DNA from: Marine Group III euryarchaeote CG-Bathy1
GTDB lineage: Archaea > Thermoplasmatota > Poseidoniia > MGIII > CG-Epi1
Direction: 5' to 3'
Length of the DNA stretch: 64,000 nt
Assembly (NCBI GenBank): GCA_001875425.1
Contig: MIYU01000001.1
Location: 129,804-193,803, forward strand
Shown here: in pieces, positions 9,101 through 19,088 of the stretch
How the letters are laid out: the number at the start of each line of letters is the position of its first letter
Position numbering within the stretch: position 1 is the first letter of the stretch
Program-made: the position numbers and the translations under genes
The notes under the pieces: model-generated
Databases searched by the model: none
What the model was told of the DNA's origin: nothing
What the model saw: only the letters and a program-made list of their open reading frames with translations

Positions 9101-10033
9101 TTACTTCAACACAGACGAAATTAAAATAGGAAGTATAACTGTAGCATCACCTTCTAGTGTTACATGTTCAGCTTCATGTTTTACTTTCCCCCAAGATACG
9201 GCCTCTTTTACACGAGCGCCACTTAATGATCCATCCCATTCAGGTGCTGTAGTTATCTGTACTGCATAATCCAGCCCCCCTCTGTATTGATTCCACCATA
9301 TTGTATGGTGCTTAGAGATTCCTCCTCCCACCATCAAAGCGCCCGTTTTTTCAGCTTCATATATCAAATCAGATAGTTTATGCTGTTCTTGTAGTATGTC
9401 TAATGTAAAATTTTTATTATCTTGCCAAAATTGCCACAATTGTGACCCTACCGACCCGTCAGTAAGTCCCGGAACAAATACTGGAATACCTTTCTCTGCA
9501 CATTTTGCCAGTAGTGATTGTGAACCACGTTCTTCTTTAGACATACGAATTCCCATCTCTTTCCATATTTCACACGGAATCCATTTTTCTTTTTCATTGT
9601 ATATCTCTTTCAAAAATGGTTGCATCCATTTTTCAATCGGAACTCCATACGAGGTGTCTGGAACGAGAACATTACCTAATCGATTAACGCCTTTATCACG
9701 CAATTCAGCATCGTTCATGTTAAAATCTCCATGATAATAATCAGTTAGTAATCTAGCTAAATCGTGGTCAAGAGTTCCACAAGTAGTTATCACTACATCA
9801 ACTAAATTATGATCAATCATAGTACGTATAACTCCTCTGGTTCCAGTAGCTATTACATTTGCTGGAAATGAAAGAAATTTTGTACATTTTTCATCATTCA
9901 TATCTTTAATAATTTTAGATGCTTTGTTAATTTTTACACTAAGAAAGCCCCCGGTTTCAGCAAATTGGTCTACAAGTTCTGAAACGGTACTATTTCCGTT
10001 CAATTCTATATCTTTTACCGGTTTTTTATTCAT
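9101..10033 (-). CDS. dys: deoxyhypusine synthase
   Basis: Contains 'GGGISKHH', 'TTAPEWDGSLSGA' and 'VSWGK'. Its ATG overlaps the gyrA stop by 1 nt (TAATG). Confidence 0.9.
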   Translation of the reverse strand: MNKKPVKDIELNGNSTVSELVDQFAETGGFLSVKINKASKIIKDMNDEKCTKFLSFPANVIATGTRGVIRTMIDHNLVDVVITTCGTLDHDLARLLTDYYHGDFNMNDAELRDKGVNRLGNVLVPDTSYGVPIEKWMQPFLKEIYNEKEKWIPCEIWKEMGIRMSKEERGSQSLLAKCAEKGIPVFVPGLTDGSVGSQLWQFWQDNKNFTLDILQEQHKLSDLIYEAEKTGALMVGGGISKHHTIWWNQYRGGLDYAVQITTAPEWDGSLSGARVKEAVSWGKVKHEAEHVTLEGDATVILPILISSVLK

Positions 10034-12522
10034 TATTCCGTTTCTATTTCAGTATTTTCTTCATCTATTTTCAGGTAAACTGCAACAGCTACTACTTTTT
10101 CTTTGTCTTTTAATTTAATCAATCTACTTCCTCTGCCAATTCTTTTCATTTCTCTAAGTTCGTCTATATTCGTGTTAATAACTTTTCCAGAACTAGTCGT
10201 TGCCATAATCATGTCTGCATCTCCTACTGATATCGAGGATACTACTTTCCCATATTTTTCAGTTTTAGTATTTATTACACCTTTCGACCCCCTTCTAGTT
10301 AGTCTATAATTGCCTGCCTTGGCTCTTTTACCCCATCCCATCTCTGTTATCGTTAACAATTCCTCCTCTTCATTAACAATGGCCATACTTTTCACTCCAT
10401 CTCCTTCTTTCAATCTAATTCCAATAACTCCTTGTCCAGCACGCCCAACAACTCTTACTTGATTTTCAGGGAATCTATTCGCCATTCCGTCATTCGTTGC
10501 TAACATGATTTCACTTTCTCCATCTGATATCCCTACAGAAATCAACTCATCTCCTTCTTTCAAAGTGATCGCTCTAAATCCTTGATCACTTCTCCATGCC
10601 CGTTCAACTCTAGATGCATATTCTTCCATACGTGTCTTTTTAACAATTCCATTTTTCGTTGCAAAAATTAAGTAATTATCTGGGCTACTTATGTTTGGCA
10701 CAGGCAGCATATTCAATATCTTTTCATCATTTTGATGTCTACGTTCATCTAATTTTTCCAGTAGTTGTACTATCGGAGTCCCTTTCGCGTATCTTGATAC
10801 ATCAGGGATTTGCCACCCCTTTAGGAAATACATACTACCTTCACTAGTAAAGAGAAGTACATGGTCATGAGAGTTCATTGAATGCATCTCAACCGGTACA
10901 TCTCCTTCTTTGGCTTTAATTCCAATCATACCCGTACCTCCGCGATGCTGTATTCTAAAATCTTCTAAAGGCATTCTTTTGACGTAAGATTCATCCGTTC
11001 TCATAACTACTACTTCTTGTTGAGGAATCAAATCTTCAGTTTCTATCTCTCCTTCATGTTCTGAAATTTCCGTTCTACGTTCATCACCATATTTCTCTTT
11101 TAACATTTCTAATTCCTTTCTTATGATGCTGCGAATTCTATTCGGATCTGCTAATGTAGCATCCAATTCTGCTATTTCTCCATTTAATTCCTTTAATTCA
11201 TTTTCTCTGGCATTTCTATCTTGTTTAGAAAGCTGATAGAGGCGCATTTCAGCAATTGCTTCAGCTTGTTTTACACTCAATTTAAATTGTTTTTTCAATC
11301 CGTCTATTACGTCTTTTCTATTATTGGCACTTCTTATGAAAGAAATAACTTGACTCATTTTGTTTATAGCTATTAAAAGTCCTTCAACTATATGTGCTCG
11401 GTCTTTAGCTATTTTTAACTGAAATTTTGTTCTTCGAGTTACAACCTTTTTTCTGTGATTAATATATACCTTCAATAATTCTTTCAAAGACAACCTTTGT
11501 GGCTGTCCATCCACTAGTGCAGTATTATTCACTGCAAACGTACTCTCTAAAGAAGAATGTTTGTATAGTAAATTTTCAATAATAACTGCAGAGGCGTCTC
11601 TCTTCAATTCAATAATTATACGCATACCTTTTCTATTAGATTCGTCCCTAAGATCCCTTATCCCTTCTATTTTTTTATTTTTAACTAAATTTGTAATCTC
11701 TTTCAAAAGACGACCTTTCTCAAGTGAATAAGGTATTTCTGTAATGACAATCTGTGTCGTTTTTTTTGTTTCTTCTATATTCGTTCTTCCTCTAATTTTA
11801 ATCGAACCTCGTCCATTTGAATATGCTTCAAACACACCAGCTCTTCCCATTATTACTCCGCCTGTAGGAAAATCTGGACCAGGTATTACTTGTATGAGTT
11901 CAGAGGTCCTAACTCGTGGATTTTCCATAGTTAAGATAACTGCATCAATCACTTCATTTAGATTATGAGGTGCCATTTTTGTTGCCATTCCTACGGCTAT
12001 TCCTTCCGATCCATTAACAAGTAAATTCGGTAACATACTAGGCAATACAGATGGCTCTTTCAAGGAACCATCATAATTCTCTCCATAGTCTATAGTTTTC
12101 TTTTTTAAATCTTGTAATACAATTTCAGCAATAGGAGTTAATCTGGATTCCGTATATCTCATCGCAGCAGCACGATCGCCATCCACAGAACCAAAATTAC
12201 CCTGCCCATCAACTAAAGGATATCTAAGTGAAAACGATTGTGCCATTCGCACCATCGAATCATAAATTGCTTGGTCTCCATGAGGGTGATATTTACCCAT
12301 CACATCTCCTACTATACGGGCGCTTTTTTTGTATGCAGATCTAGAACCAGAGCCCATTTCTTTCATTGCATATAGTATTCTTCTATGTACTGGTTTTAGC
12401 CCATCTCTAGCATCCGGCAACGCGCGACCTACAATTACAGACATAGCATAATCTAAGTATGATTTTTTCATCTCAGTTGTGAGCGCTTTGTCTTCTATTC
12501 TTTCATTATTATCCTTATTCAA
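10033..12522 (-). CDS. gyrA: DNA gyrase subunit A
   Basis: '[28 protein letters not shown]' and 'RYTESRL' (active-site Tyr region) are present. The C-terminal beta-pinwheel repeats are also there. Confidence 0.97.
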   Translation of the reverse strand: MNKDNNERIEDKALTTEMKKSYLDYAMSVIVGRALPDARDGLKPVHRRILYAMKEMGSGSRSAYKKSARIVGDVMGKYHPHGDQAIYDSMVRMAQSFSLRYPLVDGQGNFGSVDGDRAAAMRYTESRLTPIAEIVLQDLKKKTIDYGENYDGSLKEPSVLPSMLPNLLVNGSEGIAVGMATKMAPHNLNEVIDAVILTMENPRVRTSELIQVIPGPDFPTGGVIMGRAGVFEAYSNGRGSIKIRGRTNIEETKKTTQIVITEIPYSLEKGRLLKEITNLVKNKKIEGIRDLRDESNRKGMRIIIELKRDASAVIIENLLYKHSSLESTFAVNNTALVDGQPQRLSLKELLKVYINHRKKVVTRRTKFQLKIAKDRAHIVEGLLIAINKMSQVISFIRSANNRKDVIDGLKKQFKLSVKQAEAIAEMRLYQLSKQDRNARENELKELNGEIAELDATLADPNRIRSIIRKELEMLKEKYGDERRTEISEHEGEIETEDLIPQQEVVVMRTDESYVKRMPLEDFRIQHRGGTGMIGIKAKEGDVPVEMHSMNSHDHVLLFTSEGSMYFLKGWQIPDVSRYAKGTPIVQLLEKLDERRHQNDEKILNMLPVPNISSPDNYLIFATKNGIVKKTRMEEYASRVERAWRSDQGFRAITLKEGDELISVGISDGESEIMLATNDGMANRFPENQVRVVGRAGQGVIGIRLKEGDGVKSMAIVNEEEELLTITEMGWGKRAKAGNYRLTRRGSKGVINTKTEKYGKVVSSISVGDADMIMATTSSGKVINTNIDELREMKRIGRGSRLIKLKDKEKVVAVAVYLKIDEENTEIETE

Positions 12523-12603
12523 TATATCTCTCCGAAATAGTGCATTACCCTAGTTCTATGACCCCATAAAAGGCGTTCGTATGGTCTAAAAATAACTTTC
12601 TTT

Positions 12604-13281
12604 TTAATAAAGGTGCATCGCTTCTTCTATTTGCCCTAATTCTATACCTGTACTGTTCGTCCCACAGACCCCACCTTTAGAATTACAAACGAGTCCAGCA
12701 CCTATTAATGGCATTCCAAAAGCAACAGTCCCATTACTCACTTCTGTTCCAACAATCTTTTTCATGATATCTTTATCTTCATCATTTATTTCTGGGTGAA
12801 CAAGTGCGCCAGATGGTGAAAAACAACCCAACATTCCGATAGTTTCTATTTCTATGAATTCTTTTGAAATTATTTCAATTCCTAAAGTTTCTTCAATTTT
12901 CTTTATATTTTTATTTATTATCTTCGGATTACAAAATCCGGATTTATTATTTATTAACAAATTATTTCCAGCAGCATTATTTCTATCATCTAATATCATA
13001 AAATTCATTTTATTTTTTTTAGCTATCTCCTCTATCTTTTCCCGTTCCCTTTCACTAGCTATGTTGGAACAAACTATTCCATTATCGTTCAAACAAATAA
13101 GAGAACCAATAACTCTACTTCCTCCTACTGTAATAATTTCTACTTCAGTATCTAAGGCCTCTTCTATATCTCTATATTCTTCTTCTGAAAGTCCCGGAGG
13201 CAATAATGTCAATTTTTCCGAGGTTGCACAAAAAACACCAGAATAAGGGCTATTGAATAAATCTCGTTGAATGAGTGCCAT
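12604..13281 (-). CDS. eif6: translation initiation factor 6 (aIF6)
   Basis: About 225 aa with a pentein-like repeat pattern. 'NSPYSGVFCATSEK' and the repeated 'G..L..N..G' units fit aIF6. It sits in the conserved eS19-eL39-eL31-aIF6 cluster. Confidence 0.9.
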   Translation of the reverse strand: MALIQRDLFNSPYSGVFCATSEKLTLLPPGLSEEEYRDIEEALDTEVEIITVGGSRVIGSLICLNDNGIVCSNIASEREREKIEEIAKKNKMNFMILDDRNNAAGNNLLINNKSGFCNPKIINKNIKKIEETLGIEIISKEFIEIETIGMLGCFSPSGALVHPEINDEDKDIMKKIVGTEVSNGTVAFGMPLIGAGLVCNSKGGVCGTNSTGIELGQIEEAMHLY

Positions 13282-13286
13282 CTGCC

Positions 13287-13619
13287 CTATTCAGGCAACT
13301 GAACTTCTACAGTCCCATCTTCAAATTTACGAGCCCGAACTCTTATTCTTGAAGGAGGCTTTTCAATTCCTCTTGCCCATATTTTTCTATTTACTGGAGG
13401 ATCTATGAATAATCTTTTTTCATCTCCCTTTCCAGATTTCGCAATCTTGGCATCTGTAATAACTTCTCCATCAATTTCAGGTTTCATGTGCCTAGTTACA
13501 TAATCTTCAATCACACGCATTGCAACTGGTGCTCTTCTCGTACGTGCAACATTTTTAACCTTCCTCAGAGGAATAGTGTATATTCGTTCTTCAAATGGTA
13601 TTTCTTCTTCATCAGCCAT
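13287..13619 (-). CDS. rpl31e: ribosomal protein eL31
   Basis: Contains 'YTIPLRKVKNVARTRRAPVAMRVIEDYV'. I prefer the ATG at 13619 (MADEEE) over the GTG at 13631 used by the ORF track. Confidence 0.9.
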   Translation of the reverse strand: MADEEEIPFEERIYTIPLRKVKNVARTRRAPVAMRVIEDYVTRHMKPEIDGEVITDAKIAKSGKGDEKRLFIDPPVNRKIWARGIEKPPSRIRVRARKFEDGTVEVQLPE

Positions 13620-13627
13620 ATTATTTC

Positions 13628-13783
13628 TCACTTCTTCAATCTACCTCTTCTCCAAAAATGTCTTTTTGGATGGTTTACAACCCTTCTATTGGTTCTTTGC
13701 ATAACCCAAGCAGGTACTCGCCTGTTTCTTTTGGTTAGTTTCTGAAGGCGTATTTTCTTTCCGTATGGTTTTATGCTAGACAT
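13628..13783 (-). CDS. rpl39e: ribosomal protein eL39 (51 aa, below the ORF-track cutoff)
   Basis: Hand translation gives [51 protein letters not shown]. It has the eL39 motif pattern (RVPAWV, KRxxWRR). It lies between eS19 and eL31, as in other archaea. Confidence 0.85.
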   Translation of the reverse strand: MSSIKPYGKKIRLQKLTKRNRRVPAWVMQRTNRRVVNHPKRHFWRRGRLKK

Positions 13784-13785
13784 TT

Positions 13786-14211
13786 TTATCCTTTTTTGTT
13801 TTCTATTTCTAGGGCAATTCCATCTAACATGGATTGGCCTCTAGGGCTTATTTTTCTACCTTTACCTTTCTCATAAGTTATCAATTCTGATGCTTCAAGC
13901 TGTTTCATTACAGTTCTAATTATTTTTCTTCCACCTGGATGACTTTTATTAGGTTTACCACCTCTATCTTTAGATCCAGAATACATTTTAGACAATCTTT
14001 CAGTTCCCAATGGGCCCTCTATGTATATTTTTCTTAGAATTGATGCAGATCTCATATACCACCAGTCATCTGTATCAGGCGCATTCTCTCTGTGTGCTGC
14101 CGTTTTAGTAGATACACTCCAGTCTGGGATGCTGATAGTTTCCAAATTTTTCAGAGCTTCAGCTAAATCCGAAACTAAACTTTGTCCATGAACATCGTAA
14201 ACTGTAGTCAT
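13786..14211 (-). CDS. rps19e: ribosomal protein eS19
   Basis: Contains '[35 protein letters not shown]'. I prefer the ATG at 14211 (MTTVYDV) over the TTG at 14244. Confidence 0.9.
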   Translation of the reverse strand: MTTVYDVHGQSLVSDLAEALKNLETISIPDWSVSTKTAAHRENAPDTDDWWYMRSASILRKIYIEGPLGTERLSKMYSGSKDRGGKPNKSHPGGRKIIRTVMKQLEASELITYEKGKGRKISPRGQSMLDGIALEIENKKG

Positions 14212-14269
14212 TTTAACACCTTTCGAGGGGGCTTTGCCAGTCAAAGCCTATTATAAACTTAATCCCCCT

Positions 14270-14551
14270 TCAATCGTTAAAAATATTGAACACATGAAAC
14301 ACATGTACCATTAAACAAAATACAACAATTAAGCCCCCTATTATGTACAATCCTATCGTTTCATCTATTCTTGGAAAAACAATCAAAACTATAGCACCCA
14401 CTATTGCAGTCCATAATAACAGATATCCCATATACACATGAGGGGCTTTCTCGGAATCTTTCGCTCCCTCTACTAATCCTGTTATCTGCCCTCTATCCAT
14501 TCTACCTGTTATTGTATTCCTGTTAAAAACTTCACCGGTCACTATCTGCAA
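14270..14551 (-). CDS. small hypothetical membrane protein (two predicted TM helices)
   Basis: Two hydrophobic stretches: 'LLLWTAIVGAIVLIVF' and 'LYIIGGLIVVFCLMV'. The start is uncertain (TTG at 14551 or ATG at 14500). I recognise no family. Confidence 0.35.
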   Translation of the reverse strand: MQIVTGEVFNRNTITGRMDRGQITGLVEGAKDSEKAPHVYMGYLLLWTAIVGAIVLIVFPRIDETIGLYIIGGLIVVFCLMVHVFHVFNIFND

Positions 14552-15120
14552 TAAATTCTAGCAATTTCGTTTGCCGTTGCCATTTTACTCTTTTTTCCAC
14601 CTTTTAACATTATATTAGTAATTTTAAATCTACGTTTTTCATGTGTTATATTTCCACCAATTTTAAACATTTCTTCAAACGAATATTTTTTGTAAAAAGT
14701 CCTAGTATGTTCACCTTCATTAAATGAAAAGTTAACTTTCACTTCACTTATGTTTCGAGTCCAAATAACAATTCCCCTCTCAGCCTCTATTTCTTTTACA
14801 TTTCTATTTTCTTTTTCAATTCTAGTAATCTCCAAGGTTCCTTCTTGATGTAAAATCCTCGCTCCAACTCTCAGATAGTCTCTTTCTTCTACTTTTAAAA
14901 CGTCTTTACGCGTTTTATCTCCATCAGAAATAAGCACGTTAATTTCAATAATTTTCTTCTCTTTAATTGTTCTTGTAGTGGTATTCTCACATTTACTACA
15001 TTTTACAATTCCATCAAATGAATTATTCTTCTTATTACGATTTTTTAAAATATAATGTATCTCTTCATCATCGCAGTATTTGCATGGAAGCCAAATTTGC
15101 TCATATTCCTCTTCAATCAT
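14542..15120 (-). CDS. hypothetical zinc-ribbon protein
   Basis: 'CKYCDD'...'CSKCEN' forms a CxxC-x(n)-CxxC pair at the N-terminus. The ATG at 15120 overlaps the purH stop by 1 nt (TGATG). Confidence 0.45.
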   Translation of the reverse strand: MIEEEYEQIWLPCKYCDDEEIHYILKNRNKKNNSFDGIVKCSKCENTTTRTIKEKKIIEINVLISDGDKTRKDVLKVEERDYLRVGARILHQEGTLEITRIEKENRNVKEIEAERGIVIWTRNISEVKVNFSFNEGEHTRTFYKKYSFEEMFKIGGNITHEKRRFKITNIMLKGGKKSKMATANEIARIYCR

Positions 15121-16658
15121 CAATGGCGAAAGTGTCTTTCTCCCGTAAAAACCATAGACACTCCTATTTTATTTGCACTATCGATTACTTCTTGATCTCT
15201 TATCGAACCGCCTGATTGAATAATTGCGGTTACTCCAGCTTCAGCAGCCGCTTCTATACCGTCTGGAAATGGAAAGAAAGCATCAGATGCCATAACTGTA
15301 CCTTTCGCATCAGGTCTAGATTTGAAAGAAGCAATCTTTACTGAATCAACTCTAGACATTTGTCCAGCCCCTATACCGACAGTTCGTTTACCCTTCGTAA
15401 AAACTATCGCATTAGATCTAATGTGTTTCATTAATTTCCATCCATACATTAAACCATCCCATTCTTCTTCACTGGGTTTTTTGTCTGTAACTATCGTACA
15501 TTCTTCTCTTGTTATTCTTTTTTTGTCAGATTCTTGTACAAGCCACCCACCTGCAACTGATCTCATTTGTTTTCCTGCTTCATATCGTACTATGTCTCCA
15601 ACTTCTAACAATCTCATATTTTTTTTCTGACTTAAGATTTTCAGAGCTTCTTTAGAGAATGCTGGTGCAACCACACCTTCTTTGAATGATTCTACTATTT
15701 TGTTGGCAGTTTCCATATCTACTTCTCTATTAATTCCAATTATTCCACCAAATGCTGACGAAGGGTCGGTTTCCAGAGCAGAACTGTATGCTTCAGATAT
15801 TATTTCAGATGAAGCCACACCGCACGGATTCGTATGTTTGATTATAACGACAGTAGGTTCTTCAAAATCAGCTACTATTGCTAATGCACCATCAAAATCA
15901 AGTATGTTATTGTAACTGAGCTGTTTCCCCTGTAATTGTTTAGCCGTGGCTATTGATGGGGTGTCTATTCTGGGGTTTATGTAAAAAGCTCCTTTTTGAT
16001 GAGGATTTTCTGCATATCTTAACTCACCCTTCCTTTCTCCTATTATTGTTAAATCATCACTAGTTAAACTTTCTATATCAAAACGATTAGACAATTCAGA
16101 TTGTATGTATGAATCATACTTGGCAGTATGCTGAAATGCTTTCAGAGCTAATTTCTCTCTCATACTTACATCTATTTTTTGATTTTCAATTGCTTGAATT
16201 ACTTCATTATAATCCCCAGGTTCAACAACAACACAAACTCTGGAATAATTTTTAGCCGCAGCTCTAATTAAACTAGGACCTCCTATGTCTATCATCTCTA
16301 TTAATTCAGGTAAAGATTCTTCATTTTTTGCAGTTTCTTCAAATGGATATAAGTTTACTACAACTAAGTCTATATCTTCTATCCCTAAACTTTCTTTTTG
16401 TTCTTTATCCTTTTCTCTAGCCAATATTCCTCCAAATATCTTCGGATGTATAGTTTTCACTCGCCCATCCATAATTTCTGGAAAATCTGTTATTTTCTCA
16501 ACACTTTTTACTTCAATACCTTCATCTTCAATGACTTTTTTTGTACCGCCTGTGGATATTATTTCAATACCACATTTCGCCAATTTTCTTGCAAATTCAG
16601 CTACTCCTTCTTTATCGCTTACACTAATCAAAGCCCTTTTCACAGACATTTTTTCCAT
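15120..16658 (-). CDS. purH: bifunctional AICAR transformylase / IMP cyclohydrolase
   Basis: 'KRALISVSDKEG' is the MGS-like domain start, followed by a full-length AICARFT domain. The start is the ATG at 16658 or 16649; the ORF-track start at 16682 is a TTG. Confidence 0.95.
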   Translation of the reverse strand: MEKMSVKRALISVSDKEGVAEFARKLAKCGIEIISTGGTKKVIEDEGIEVKSVEKITDFPEIMDGRVKTIHPKIFGGILAREKDKEQKESLGIEDIDLVVVNLYPFEETAKNEESLPELIEMIDIGGPSLIRAAAKNYSRVCVVVEPGDYNEVIQAIENQKIDVSMREKLALKAFQHTAKYDSYIQSELSNRFDIESLTSDDLTIIGERKGELRYAENPHQKGAFYINPRIDTPSIATAKQLQGKQLSYNNILDFDGALAIVADFEEPTVVIIKHTNPCGVASSEIISEAYSSALETDPSSAFGGIIGINREVDMETANKIVESFKEGVVAPAFSKEALKILSQKKNMRLLEVGDIVRYEAGKQMRSVAGGWLVQESDKKRITREECTIVTDKKPSEEEWDGLMYGWKLMKHIRSNAIVFTKGKRTVGIGAGQMSRVDSVKIASFKSRPDAKGTVMASDAFFPFPDGIEAAAEAGVTAIIQSGGSIRDQEVIDSANKIGVSMVFTGERHFRH

Positions 16659-16699
16659 TTTATTTCTGTTTGACAATTCCAAATTACCTCTATTTTTTT

Positions 16700-17410
16700 T
16701 CAGGTGCTGTTTGGAAGGCGCTTAAGGTGCTTTCCTACAACCTCTTTCGTTACGAATACAGTAGTACCTGCTTTCATTATTTTTCCACCATCTTTTTCGG
16801 CTTCACGCACATCTAACATCAACACTACAGGTTTCCCTATTATGTGTCTTCCTGCTTCAAGAGCATTTAATCTTGTTCCAGACAAATGCACCATCATTCT
16901 ATCTTCTGGAAAGAGGCCATTCTCTATGTAATCTTCTACATCATCTTCCGAACACGCGTAATAGAGGTGCTCAGGTACGCCTTCTGTTGGTAAATCCAAA
17001 TCTAAATCTATAGAATGGGCATAAGTCGCTCTTATTCTATTATCTTCAAATTGATATCTTCCTTTAGGGTCTGTTTCTATTACAGCTTTTACATGTTTAA
17101 TGGTCAAATATCCTAAACCACCTCTTTTCTGTTTGATTGCATCTACAAATTCCCCAACATCTATCCATCCTTGTTGAGTCATTTCTAAATCAAAACGATC
17201 AGGAAAATGTCTGAGTATTCCTGCCATTATACGTCCAAATTTATCAACATGTCTTGGAGACATTATCATCTCTCCGTCTTCTTCACAGAATTGACATTTT
17301 TCGCCTCTAAAAAAACCGTGTTCATATTTTACACATTCTTTTACAGGCTTTTCTTGAATTCGCCTTCTGTTCGAATAATTCTGTCTGTGCCCTCTCATAC
17401 ATAACCTCAT
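16700..17410 (-). CDS. kptA: RNA 2'-phosphotransferase (Tpt1/KptA) with an N-terminal Cys/His-rich extension
   Basis: 'AGILRHFPDRFDLEMTQQGWIDVGEFV' and 'VHLS' match Tpt1 motifs. The roughly 50-aa N-terminal extension contains 'C..YEH....C.FC'. Confidence 0.85.
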   Translation of the reverse strand: MRLCMRGHRQNYSNRRRIQEKPVKECVKYEHGFFRGEKCQFCEEDGEMIMSPRHVDKFGRIMAGILRHFPDRFDLEMTQQGWIDVGEFVDAIKQKRGGLGYLTIKHVKAVIETDPKGRYQFEDNRIRATYAHSIDLDLDLPTEGVPEHLYYACSEDDVEDYIENGLFPEDRMMVHLSGTRLNALEAGRHIIGKPVVLMLDVREAEKDGGKIMKAGTTVFVTKEVVGKHLKRLPNST

Positions 17411-17444
17411 TCCAAAGGTGTGTGTAAAATGTTTTTCATTTCAA

Positions 17445-19016
17445 TTATTGTAGTTTCGTTTGTTTTGTATCGCTAGTTTTATCTTCTATTTGGTCCTCAT
17501 CAAATTCTAAATTTATATTCTCTAGCATTCGATACATTTCACGTTCTTTAGCACGACTACTCCAGTGCGCCGCTTCATCTCTAGTGTCTTCTGTCATAAA
17601 CATATACACTATCCCTGATGAATCTCTACCAGTTCTACCCCTTCTTTGAATAAGCCTTATCGCAGAAGGCACCGGTTCGTAAAAAATCACCACATCCGTA
17701 GAAGGTATGTCTAGTCCTTCTTCTCCTACTGAAGTAGCTACTAGCACATTGTATTCTCCGCTACGAAATTTATCCAATATGTCTTTCTGCTCATTTTGAG
17801 TTAATCCCTTGTCCCCTTCCCTATTACTTTGACCAACAAATCTAATGGCTTCCGCATTAGGTACCCTTTCCAATTTCTCTACAATCAATGTCGCAGTGTG
17901 TCTTATTTCAGTAAAAACTATTATGCGTCTAGATCCTTCATTTATATGCATATTAATTAAATTCAATAATTTTGGAAGTTTAGGATGTTCTGTTTTGTCA
18001 TTTTCCGCGATATGCACGGCAGTTTTCCAAAATTCTTTTTTTATCAACTGCTTATTGGCCCTACTACCGCCTTTTTTCGAGGCCCCCTTCTCTATTCGTT
18101 CTGCATAATGTAAAAATTGTTCTAAACCCTGACTTTCTATAGTTTGAATCGCGTGTGCTATTTTCATGCCTATTGCTTGTGTGGTCATTGCGTTATAGAA
18201 TGGATATTTCGCACTACCTTTCGCTTGCATTAGTCTCGCTTGTACTTCCTTTCCAATTCTTAAAAGAGAACTGGTCGATACGTGTCTAGGGTTGGATAAA
18301 AATCCTTGTTTATACATCTCCCCTCCTATAATTCCCAATTCATTTTTTAATTCTCTTCTTACTGTTTTTTCTACATCTGTCATTTCAACTTTAATCCAAT
18401 TAGTCTCAAGTTTTTGGATGTACGGTATTACGTCTTCATCAGTATCACTTCTTTTTTCTATTTTTTTTATTCCTAAATTTTTACATATATTTACAATATG
18501 CTCCTTCGTACTTCCAGGTGACGCCGTCATTCCTAATGTCAAAAAGCGCTCAGCAGTTTTCTTGTAAATTTTCCCAATCTTTACATAAGCATAGTTGCCC
18601 ACTGCTCTATGGGCCTCGTCAAATACAACTAAAGAAAATTCTTTCAAGTCAGTATATCCCCTTTCTATATCCTTTTCAACAACTTGCGGAGTCGAAATTA
18701 TAAAATCAGTAATCTCCCAAAGCCTCTCTCTTTCTTTAGGCGCTACATTACCTGTGAATAATTCAATTTTCATATCTAAATATTTTTCGAAGAAGCTAGC
18801 ATGTTGTTGAGCGAGAGGTTTTGTGGGTGCGAGAAATAAAATTTTACCAATCTCAATTCTTTCCAAAATAACTCTTAATGCAATAATTGTTTTTCCTAGG
18901 CCAGTAGGGAGCACTGCTAACGTTGATTGTTTCAAACACGCTTCTGATACTTTATTCTGATATTCTCTTTCTTCTAAATCCTTTATTTTCAACAACCGAT
19001 TTTCAAACACACTCAT
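17445..19016 (-). CDS. hef: Hef/FANCM-like SF2 helicase (helicase module only)
   Basis: Contains 'LPTGLGKT' (Walker A), 'VFDEAHRAVGNYAY' (DEAH box) and 'QRRGRTGR' (motif VI). I see no ERCC4 nuclease motif. The tail is acidic. Confidence 0.85.
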   Translation of the reverse strand: MSVFENRLLKIKDLEEREYQNKVSEACLKQSTLAVLPTGLGKTIIALRVILERIEIGKILFLAPTKPLAQQHASFFEKYLDMKIELFTGNVAPKERERLWEITDFIISTPQVVEKDIERGYTDLKEFSLVVFDEAHRAVGNYAYVKIGKIYKKTAERFLTLGMTASPGSTKEHIVNICKNLGIKKIEKRSDTDEDVIPYIQKLETNWIKVEMTDVEKTVRRELKNELGIIGGEMYKQGFLSNPRHVSTSSLLRIGKEVQARLMQAKGSAKYPFYNAMTTQAIGMKIAHAIQTIESQGLEQFLHYAERIEKGASKKGGSRANKQLIKKEFWKTAVHIAENDKTEHPKLPKLLNLINMHINEGSRRIIVFTEIRHTATLIVEKLERVPNAEAIRFVGQSNREGDKGLTQNEQKDILDKFRSGEYNVLVATSVGEEGLDIPSTDVVIFYEPVPSAIRLIQRRGRTGRDSSGIVYMFMTEDTRDEAAHWSSRAKEREMYRMLENINLEFDEDQIEDKTSDTKQTKLQ

Positions 19017-19088
19017 GCCTGCAGGTAAATCTAGTTACACCTTAAGAGTTATACACCCGGTTCAATTTATTGTTCTGAACATATCGGT

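Noticed and set aside
10033-12522. gyrA as a pseudogene or horizontally acquired orphan, because gyrB is not adjacent
   Set aside because: The ORF is full length with an intact active-site region and C-terminal domain. Unlinked gyrA and gyrB genes are common, so nothing in the sequence suggests decay.
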